Assembly (NCBI RefSeq): GCF_022539665.2
Contig: NC_081332.1
Span: 3,534,001 to 3,598,000, forward strand
DNA: 64,000 nucleotides
Origin: Daphnia carinata
Lineage: Eukaryota
Direction of reading: 5' to 3'
This document shows, piece by piece, positions 1 through 10,860 of this stretch. The notes under the pieces were generated by a model that was given only the letters and a program-made list of their open reading frames with translations, ran no database searches and was not told the origin of the DNA. Made by a program: the position numbers and the translations under genes. Position 1 is the stretch's first letter; the number at the start of each line of letters is the position of its first letter.

Positions 1-370
1 TCCGAGCCCGTTACGCTCATCTTGGACGTGAGTTTTAGCGTGTGTTTGCTATCTCCATGTCGACTAGTTTACAAAAAAAAAAAAAAAAAAAAGAAGAAAA
101 AACCGGTCAATAACGGCACATTTTTTTTGTTTTGGGGATACGTACTTTCAGGATTTATTAGTCGATTACACGATCACCTCGGCCGTGGAAACAACCTTGG
201 GAGCTAATCAGTGGGCATCGGAGGTGTCTCGTTTACCTTGGACCACGGCGGATGACCATCAGCAGCCCTTGAAGGTGTCCACCAAATTTCAGCCGGTTGG
301 CAAAACATCTGTGACTCTGTTACCAATGGAAATTAGAACGTTCATCATTCAGATGACCCCAAATTACTAG
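1..370 (+). CDS. Lysosomal alpha-mannosidase (GH38)-like, last two coding exons (partial): 1-27 and 152-370
   Basis: Exon 1-27 (SEPVTLILD) ends at GTGAGT (28); acceptor TTTCAG ends at 151. The in-frame exon reads DLLVDYTITSAVETTLGANQW...VTLLPMEIRTFII and stops at TAG 368-370. ETTLxANQ and TLxPMEIRTF are typical C-terminal motifs of lysosomal alpha-mannosidases. AATAAA follows at ~509. Confidence 0.85.
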
Positions 371-3300
371 TTGTTTTTTTTTTTCCCTTTTTTTTTTTTA
401 AATTCCCGAACTGGCGTTCGACCCCAATAGATGGCCACACTTGTATACCAAGTGAAATGTGGTCAACCTTGTTTCGATTTCTTCGTTGTAGATTTTGAAA
501 CAAAGTAGAATAAAAACAGTATACACAAAGCTTTTTTCATTTTTTCATTTATGGAAAAAAAGTTGTATTGTTCCATATCACGTGCCAACAAAAACCATGC
601 ACTTTTTTAGTCGAAGGAATTGGCAGTTAGGTTTGGTTGGTCAAATTTTGGTGTACACAAACCCAAATAAAAACGCAAAAAGGAAAGAAATTTTTCATGT
701 TCTCCTCACTAAACAAAAAAATCGTCTCTTTTTGTCGAATCTGCTGGATTGATTTAATTTTTGCTTGTTGATTCGTCTCTTGGTGTGTGTGTGTCTGTGT
801 GTAACTCGGGTTACAGAAAATCCCCACGATAATGTCAATTTCTTTGTTTGAGATGTCCAATTTTTTTTTTTTTTTTTGTTTTGTTTTCGGTTGCGCAGCG
901 GACATGAGCGTGTCTTTCACGAACGAAACACAACAACATTTGAGGGGCGAAGAGTGAATCGTATTTTTTTCAATTTATATTCGTAACATGTTCAAATTTC
1001 AGAATTAACAGCCGCCGAAACAAATGTTTAAAAAAGAACGAATCGATAGGATATAATAACTGTGTCCGAATAGAAAAAAAAAAAAGAATACATTTTGACC
1101 GGGAGGAGGAGGAGGGGGAAATTTGTTTGCCAGAAAACATTCAAAAATCAAATTTTAGGGAGGGAGGGAGGGAGGAAGGTGGGCAAAGTCAGATATGATT
1201 TTTAAAAATTGAATTGTTTTCATCACGTAAGAGTTGAGAAACATAGAGAGTTTTTTTTGGGGGGGGGGGCGGCAGGAGGAGGAGGAAAGGAGGGTGAGGA
1301 CATGATCTTCTCGGGCCGGTTTTGACTGAATTCTAACGAGACAGAGAGAGAGAGAGAGAGAGTTGCGATTGTTTTTTAAAAAAAAAAACAGCTTTTCTTG
1401 CAAGTGAGATGATGTTATTTCAACAAAAAAATAAATGTGGCAAGTTTATTCGGTTGGTGGGAGAGGATCTTCGAAAAAAAATGTTTTTCACTTAACTTAA
1501 AAATAAAAAATGAACTGAAAAAAAAAAAAAAAAAGAAAAATCATTTTACTAGTGGCGACAGCGATTCCGAAAAGGGAAAAAAAAATAAATTTTGGACGAT
1601 AACAGGCCAAATATTCAAGAATTTCTTTAAAAAAAAAAAAAAAAAAAATTATTTCAAGATTCTTTCAATGCCAAACAAGAATCCAGAATAAAGGTTTTTA
1701 GCACGCCGGTCTTTTTTCTTTTTTTTTTTAATACCAAAATGAAAAAAAGAAAAAAAAAACAGACCGGACGTTATACAAGACAACAGAAGTTGAATAGTTT
1801 TCAATCAACAATTTTTTCTTGAAGTTTTTTTCTTTTCTTCGTCATTCAGAATAACGACAAAATTCTTTCGGGTAGCCGGGAGCACCTCATTCGATAGGCT
1901 TAGCCCTTCGTGAGTGTGGCATCCTCGTTAACACATTTTTTTTTTTTTTTCGATCGTGAATTTAAAAAAAAAAAAAACGACGTATGAAAGAGAACACGAA
2001 ACATTTCCGAAATCAAAAAAGCCGAAAATTGTTAAATCATTTTTGGCAGATACCCTTATTTTTTTTTTTTTTTTCTTATCAAAAAATGAAATGAACGAAC
2101 ACGTTAATTTCACGTAGAGGCCAAAAACAAGTGAATTTTTGTTGTCACTCTGAACGACGTTGTCAACGAACATTAGAAAAGAAAAACCAGTTCCTTTTTC
2201 TTTTTTTTGAAGAAAAGAACGCACAATATGTTTTCCGCGTCAATATAATCATTTTTTTTTTCATAAAATGTGTTTGTTTTTAGATTCCGAGAGCTTTTTG
2301 ATTCTCTAATTTTTGAAACATCAAATTCCGAAACGATGTCCGAAAATCTCGAGCTCTATTTTTGGGTTTTCTTCAGAAAACTAACAAAATAACAACAAAT
2401 GTCAATCCATTTTTTTTTTTTCTTATTTCGTTAATTTTGTTTACTTTCTTTTGCGCGCACACTAGGAAATAGGCACTTGGCAAGCCGAAAGAGAGATCCC
2501 TTTGGGAACACGAAAAATCATTCTAAACCAAATTAAAAAAAAAAAAAAAAAAAAAGGAGAGAATTTTTTAGTTTTATTATTTTTTTTTTTTTGAATAACA
2601 CTCGCACACACACGCAACATGACTCCCGCTCAGCAATCGCTGTTTAAAATTTCACGAAAACAGGACTAATGTTCTCCTTGGCAAAAAAAAAAAAAAGATA
2701 AAATAATAGCAATCATAATATTAATCTAATTTTTGGGGTTTCCCTCCGGGATGGCAACCAATTTCTTTTTGCTTCTAAATTAATTTAATTTAATTTTCCT
2801 CTTTTTAAGGCCAATTGTTCCAAAAAAAAAAAAAAAAAATCAATCCAATAAAACGATCTTTTTCATATTAAAATTTAAAAAAAAAAAAAAAAGAATCCTC
2901 TTTCGCGGAAGGCCCAAACAAGATCCAGAGATGTGGAGAGATTTAAAAAATTTGAGAACACTTTAGGGTGGGGTGGGGAGGAGGGGTTAAAAAAAAAAAA
3001 AAACGATTTAAATTTTTATGTTAAAAAAAGTCAAAGTTCCTTTTTTCTTTTTGAGTCGAAACGCAAAAGGTGAGTCTTTGACAGTGATGACAAATTATTG
3101 TTTTTCTTGGTAATGGTGGTTTTTTTTTCCTTTCCTGTCGATATTCCCTTTTTTTTTTTTTTTCAAAATCAAAAAATTTAAAACAAATTGTCTGATGGGG
3201 ATGGGGTGGTGGGGGGGATTTTTTGTGGGTGGATGGCGGGTGGGTATTTTTTGCTGGTTTTTGTTTGCTGCTGTTTTGTTTTTTTTTTCCTCTGGTGGAC

Positions 3301-6300
3301 CGGGCTATGGAACTGCATGGGTTGTTTAGAATAATATGGAAGTAGTTTTTATTTTATTTTATTTTTTTTGAAAAGCAAAGATTTTCTTTTGTAGAGCTGA
3401 AGAGAAATAATCAAACGAACAACAACAAAAAAAAAAAAAAAAAATTTGGAACCCAAGAGAAGAAAATTTAAAGCAAAAGTGAGAAAAGTTTGAAAGAGAG
3501 AAAAAAACACGGAAAAAGAAATGCCACTACAATTAGAATACAGACGGAGATACCGCCGTCCATTTCTTTCGGGAGAAAATGGACGTTGAACGGCGTGTTG
3601 GGGGGGGGGGGGGATGTTCACTATCGGATAGAAACACAGACCAAAGAAAGGGATTTCAAAAGAACACGGTTAAGAATTGAAATAAAAAATAAAAAAAAAA
3701 CACCAAGAGTAATCCAATTGTCTTCACGATGAAAAGACAATCGAAAACCATTTCTAATTATTACTTGATGACGTGAAGAAACCCTCGTGTGGGTGGGATT
3801 TCGACCGCCTACGGCAAAACACCTACGACAGATATATGCTAATTGCAAAAAAAAATAACGAAAAAGCTTAGGGAAAGATGGTAGAAAATGAAAAGAAGAG
3901 CTAAAAAAGAGAGGGGGGAGGGGAGAAAAATGGTCACTTTGACGGGGTGGTTTGTAACTGTTCTACTCTTTTTTTATTGTTATTATTATTATTGTTTTTA
4001 CTGCGTGATTTCCTTTTCAAAATGTTGCAATGGGGGGGGGGAGTCACGCTGACCTGTGTTGTAAAGGGGAAAATATGCTAATACGATCTACCAACAAACT
4101 GTGTTACCTACGATTGACGATCAAAAAAACTAATGGTTATTCGTTAACCTAACACGGAACCGGGGCGGGGCAAAAACAGAGAGTGAATGATTTTCACTCG
4201 ACACAATCATTTTCTACTGGATTATTATTATTTATTTTTTTTTTTTGTATGTTTTTTAAAATGTTTTTGTGTAACTGTGTTGAATCACCAAACAGACGAT
4301 TACGTAAAAAATAAATGACAATAAAAGAGAAGGGAAAAAAAAAAAAAAATGTGTGTGTGTGTGTGAACCAGGTGTTGATTTCCGCTTGACGGGCGGTAGA
4401 GTCTCAGCCCGGAAGGGGAGCGGTTTTGTGTGTGTTTGGGTTTTTTTTTTGTTTTGTTTTTCACCACCGAAAGCGACAATAAAAACGAAAGAGGAAAACT
4501 GAGCAAATAATAATTAAAAAAAAAATATGTAAGAGGGAAATGTAAATTTTTTTTTTGTTGCTACGTTGCCAGAAAAAAAAAATTTGGATGGGGGGGGGGG
4601 AGAGGGATAGAGAGAGAAAAGCAATTGAAAACATTGAATTACAAAATTCAATCGATAAAACAGTGAGGGGTTTTGCAGAAAAAAAAAAATTTTGCTGTGA
4701 TCAGAGAAAAAAAAAAATAATTCGGAGCGGGTATGCACGCTCGGAATATTTTTCTTTTTTTTTTTTCCCGAATTAAAAATTTCGCAAAATGTTTGACAAC
4801 AAATTTCAACAGGGAATTTTGTAAAAAAAAAAAAAGTCTTGTTCAATTTAAAATTCGTACCAGCGACGAATCAATTGAATTCGGTTGTTTGTTTTTTGTT
4901 ATTGAGAGAGACGACCTGGAAAAAAACCAAAAAAAAAACATAGCGGAAGTTCCGGAGTGGATCAACGGATGCGACATTCCGCTTTATATGACAATTTTCC
5001 GGGTTGGTGGATGGGCGTTGGGTGGCGCGGGGGAGGTCTCTGCACAGGTTTTCTTTTTATTTAAATCAAGGTGTAGCTGTTCCTATTCAGTTTTTGCTTT
5101 TTTCTTGTGTCAAATTCGGGGCGTTGAACGCGTCTTTCGACGCATTTCGTCTTTGTTTAACGAGAGATGAATTCGTTATCGGTTGAAGTCATTAAGAGGT
5201 CATCAGATGTCACTGAAAAATGAACTCTCACTGGGTTTGTTTGTTTGTTTGTTTTTTCATGTTCTTTTCCATTCAAATGGGAGATTGGGGGCGGGGCGAA
5301 AGAGGGTAGGCGAAAAGAGAAACAAAAATTTGACCAATAACCTAAAAATTCCGTCATCTTTTTTTTTTTCGTTTAAAAATTCATTTTTTTTCTTTTTTTT
5401 TTTTGGAAAATTAATAATAAAAAAAAAAAAAAGCCGCGCGGGTTCCTACACCATCATGGCCTGGCTCTGACACGCTCAATGTGATCAAATACAAACATCT
5501 CTTTTTTTCTTTTTTTGTTTTCTTTTTTAAAATTCTTAAATGGACATTGGGAAAAATATAAAGAGGGCAAGTTCCAGATATAAAAAAAAAACAAACAAAC
5601 GGGAAAACATGATTTAAAAAAAAAAAAAAAAAAGTGTGTACACACACACACACACGAGTTGACACACAACATGAAAATGTCGCTGGAAATAAATTTCAAA
5701 AAATGAATTCGACCAGGCGCAAATTTAAAACTCGCGCGCGCGTGTGTTTGTGTGTGTATTGGTAAAAACTTTTTTCTTTTCTTTTCTTGTATTATCATCT
5801 AACATGTCATCGAAACAACTCCGCTGGATTTAAAAAGGAAAAAAAAAAAAAAAAAAACAAACGAACCGGTCACGCGGGAAGAATGAGTGTGTGTTCTCCT
5901 GGGGCCAGGTTTTTTTTTTTTTTTTTTCTTTTTAAAATCACTGGAGTACATCAAAGATAATTAAGACGGCGAGGATTCGATCCTAACTCGTTTTTTTTTG
6001 CTCTTTTTTTCCCTCTTTTCAAAAAAGAAAAAAAGCGACATTTGTAAGCGCACGGGGGGGGGAAGTCAATCAGAGGCGGGGGGGGGGAGGGACGAACAAA
6101 TTTCTAATTAAAAAAAACTTGACACGAAAAATCGACATGTAAACTCTTGAAAGCGCACACTACTACAGAGAAAAATGATTATTTTTTACACGGGGTCAGA
6201 GAAAGAGAGAGAGAGAGAGAGAGAGGATTACAAAGTAGATTCAAATTTGCCGCCTTTTGAAATTTCAAAAACAAAATGTTCATTCGCAATGGGATTTGTT

Positions 6301-7279
6301 TTAGAGTGACGTTGATTGCGCCACTATTTCCTAACTGCCTCGTTCATAAAAAAACGAAGAGAAAAATAAAAAGGAGAGATTGAGGGGGAGGGGAATAAGA
6401 AACGAATCACGGCGCAAAATCACCTCGGCGTTCTGAACGCAGACGAAGGCAATTGACGGCGTGAAAATCAAAAGAAATGAACACGTTGACACAAAACACT
6501 CGCGCGCAACATCCGCACTTTTCTCTCTCTTTTTTTTGTTTTGTTTTAACGTCGACCACACACGCATACCGGTTGCTGATTTTCTCCCGAAAACAAAAAT
6601 AAAAAACAAAAAATAAAACGATCAAAAGACCTCCCTCCCTTTTGATTCTACTGAAAATGTGTCGAATGAGTTTCGCAATTTTTTTTTTTCGATAGCACAT
6701 ATTTTGAATGCCCTTTGGGCTGATTCCATAAATATCAATTCTTTTTTTCAATGATAATAATATTACATTTTTTTAAATGTGATTAACCGCGAGAGACATT
6801 CAATGTGGGCAAAAAACATTTTTGTGTTTGAGCCCAGGGCACTCGTTCACGACAATCCAATTGATATAGGCCATAGCATTTTTTTTTTTTTTGCTTGAAT
6901 TTGATTTTCGAAAAAAAATTCCCCCCCCCCCCCCAAAAAAAAAAGAATCCGAATTTTTTTCTTTTTTCTTTTCCCTCTTTTTTTCTCTCATTTCATGATT
7001 TGAATATCACAGTACCAAAAACACCGCTATGCTGCACGACGCAATCTCTCCGCACACTTTTTGTTTTGTTTCAACGCCTAAAAAAATTGACGACCAATTG
7101 ATCTCGAATCGGAAATCTTGAAATAAATAATAATAAAAAAAAAAAAACTCGAAACGGGAATTTTCTTTTTTTTTTTTTGCTGCTATACCATTTTCGTTCA
7201 AAATAATGATCAAGGCGGGGAAGGGAAAAAAACTCGCTAAAAAGGTCTCAAAAATTTGGCAAACGAGAAAAATTCTAAA

Positions 7280-7314
<35 letters not shown>

Positions 7315-7984
7315 AAAATCTAAGAAAAAAAAATCACGAGATTAGAGTGCCGTGATGCACTTTGTGTGGCAAAATTTTCCTTTTTGTTTCGAAACACGCA
7401 AGACAGGCAATTTTTTTTTTTTTTTGTCTTGAATAAACAATAGCCAAGAGAATTGTGAACACACGTCGCTGGTTGATTTAAATTCCCCGCCCTTTTTTTT
7501 TTTTTCCAAATTTCCCCATAAAAGAAGAATCCCGTTGATACATTAAGAGCCAAAAATTGTGTCTGACACTGTGATGTCGGACGAGGACGGGCAGAAGTAT
7601 CTGTGATGGATTTTCCATGTCGATCGTTTCCTCCCTTCCCTTTTCTTTTTTTTTTTTTTCAAATTTTGCGCGCTCACACAATTTTATACGAGAGGGAGCC
7701 AAATTTTGAAAAAAAAAACAAAAACAAAAGCAAAAAACCAATACAAAATAGCATTTTTGTTTTCCTACTTTCTCGTAAATCACTTAATGGCGGGCTACAT
7801 CAAAAGGCAATTAAAAACCCATTATGATTTCCATCATCGTTGAATTGATCAAATCGAATCCACAAAAATTTCGAATCAAAAAAAGAGATCGCAAATTGGC
7901 TAGCACTTTGACCAATTATTCATCGTCCGATTAAAAACAAAACACGTACGCACAAAAAAAAAAAAAAAATGATGAATTTGAAAA

Positions 7985-8024
<40 letters not shown>

Positions 8025-10860
8025 TTTCTGGCTCGTTTGAACGAAAAACATTCCATCGTTTCTTGCGGTTTTCCATAACATTTCACGTTTTTAAAAAACG
8101 ATTTGTTTTTTGTTTGTTTTTTTTTCAATTTTTTTTTGTTTTTAGCATTTTCAAAAATTGTGGGAGACGAAATAACGGGGAAAAGGGGCGGGAGAGAAAT
8201 GTTCAAATTTCGCACAAAGAGAAGACGAAAAAGGCCGTGACTTTTGATTTGACAATGAATGGATGGTCGCAACATGGATCGATATTTTCTTCATTTTTCT
8301 TTACCCTCCATATATCGAAAAATGTGAATTTGAAAGAAACCAAAGAAATTTGTTTTTGAACTAGTCCAAAAAAAAAAAAAAAATTTCAATTCCCTTTCAA
8401 TGAAAATAAGAAATCAAAAGAGAGAGAGAGAGAAAGAACCGCTAGGCAGCAAATAGCTCAAACGTTTGGACGTGACACACGAAATGCTTTTTTTTTTTTC
8501 AAACAATTTTTGTTTGTTTTTTTGATGTCCAAAAAAAGGCCTAAATTGGAGAGAAAACTCCTCGATAAATCCCATTTTTTTTCAACTTCAACGGGGAATA
8601 TTTTCACAAAGACCCCCCCCCCTCCCCCCACAAAAAAAAAAAAAAAATATATATATAACGGGAGTAGAGGGAGGGGGGCGGGAGGAGGCTACCTCTCATC
8701 AGAAAAAAATGTGTTCTAGCTTCAAACATTTTTTTTTTTTTTGAGCACTCTCAACGAGTCGAAGTTGAAATTGTTGGGTGAATTTCAACATTTGAAGTAA
8801 GAAAAAGGGACACGAACGAATCTAAAGAGAAATTCGACATACACGCATACACAACAAACAGATATACTGACGAAACGGCTGACATTGAATTGGGACAAAC
8901 ATAATTCAAAACACGTGTTGGGGCTGGGCAAACTAATTATTTAGCTGATTTGAAAAAAAAAAAAACAATTGGGAAAGAGAGAGAGAAAAAAAAATGGGGG
9001 GGGGGGATTGGAGCACACCTGTGTCAGGTGAGTAGAACGGTGCATTTAGCCGATCTTTTGGATCCAGCGGCTGGATTTGAAAAAGGTTTAAAACCTTTTT
9101 GTTTTTTGTTTTTTTGTAATGCAAAAATGATGTGTTTGTTTTGTTTTTTTCATATTCTTGATTGCTGATGCAATTTTGTTTTGCTTCTTTTTGTTTTTCC
9201 TTTGAGGTTGGATGGGATTATTTTCTTCATGTTGGATGTGTCAAACACGCACTCACGCACACACGACAAATAAAACGCGCACATTTGCCCCGTGTCTTTA
9301 TTTTGAAAACAATTTCATTTTCTTCTATTTTGAGCTGGGCTTTTTTTCAAAAATTGGCAGCATAAATAGACGCACTGCTCGATTAGATCGAATTTTTCAA
9401 ACACTTTCCGCAAAATCACACCGACAATGTTCCATATTAAAAAAAAAAAAAAAAATGAATAATAATTTTTGTTTTTCCTCCTTGTAAAATTTCAATTTCA
9501 AAAATAGGCCTAAAAACATGTTAAAAACGTTTTTGTTTTGTTTGTTTGTTTTTTTTTTCAAATTTATCACAGCCACAACGTGTTGTCGGTGTTTTTTGAG
9601 TTGTAAAAACATTTTTCTGGGTTTGTTTCGGATGTATCACCTAAAAGCTTTTTTTTTCTTTCACCGGGATGGGGGGGAGGGGGGCTGTTGGGTTTAAATC
9701 CAAAAGTAAATCATTTCAAAAGTCTTCATTTTTTTTGATGTCCAATTGGCGTGTTGAGTTTTTTTTTTTTTTTTAACGTCTGCTTGACACTTGGATTGTG
9801 CGGATGATGATTCCTTGTGTTTTTGTTTTCGCTGAATGTTCTTCAATGTCTAAATCGAATTGGATTCGTTTTGCGTGTGTGAGTTTGCCAAAAATTTCGA
9901 AAGCTCTTTTGCAAAAAGCTCTCCGCATTTCCGTTAATTTTTGTTTCGTTCCGAAATCAAGGTTTTAAGATAATTTTCGTAATTTCCAAAAGTATTATCC
10001 GAAAAAAAAAGAAAGAAAGTTTTCATCACAGTCCGTTGCGTGGATCAAAACATTTTGGGGCTAGGCCGAAAAATCGATTTTTAAGAATTTTTCCAAAAAA
10101 CAAAAAAATGGGAGGGCGGGTTTAAATTTTTCCGAAATGGATTCGATCCTCAATCCCGAAGTTTCTTTTAAAGAGAGAACTTTCAATGGGAGTCGGGTCA
10201 AACAATAAAAACGTGAACGTTCAAATGCCAAAACATGGGGGGGATGGGAGTTTTTCTTTTTTTTTTTTTTAGAACCAGGCACAACAAACAACTTGGTTGA
10301 AAAATTTGTTTTGAAAAATGGTGGAGGGCACGTAATCAACCGCGATTTTCAAAAAAAAAATCTTGTTTTTTTTTTATCACCGGGAAAGAGCGAGAGAAAG
10401 AAAGAAAAAAAAAAATGCGCCAATGAAATTTGAATTTCTTTTTTGTTTTTGTAGGAGAATCATTTTTCAAAAAATTCCCCCGCTGGCTCAAAGCTCAAAA
10501 CACGCAATCCAAAAACTTTAAATTTAAAAAGCTCTTAAAGAGACTTGAGAAGAAATTGTCTTCAATTTGAAAATGGGGCAATAAAAAAAAAAATTGTCGT
10601 GTCGACCGGGGACTTTCAGCCAAAATTATCAACAAAAAAAGGAAAAAAATTTTTGAATTTTGAAAAAAAAAAACGGTGCGTGTAGAAATAATCCCATCGT
10701 TCAGGATTTGAAAAAAAAAAAAAAAAAAAGAATTGCAAATGATGTGTGGGTCTTATCGGATTGAGACATTGCGGAAGGCAAGGTTGCCGCATTTCTTTTG
10801 TTTTGTTGTGTGTTGTTGTTGTTGTTGTTGATTGTTGGGAGTCGTGTGTGTGTCACGGGT

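Noticed and set aside
8689..8695. let-7 seed match CTACCTC
   Set aside because: It lies on the + strand, antisense to the mamo transcript, so it is not a target site.
495..10339. Dozens of short K/F-rich ORFs here and across 13500-43300
   Set aside because: Products of poly-A/poly-T runs and microsatellites, many with non-ATG starts, and with no splice or domain support.
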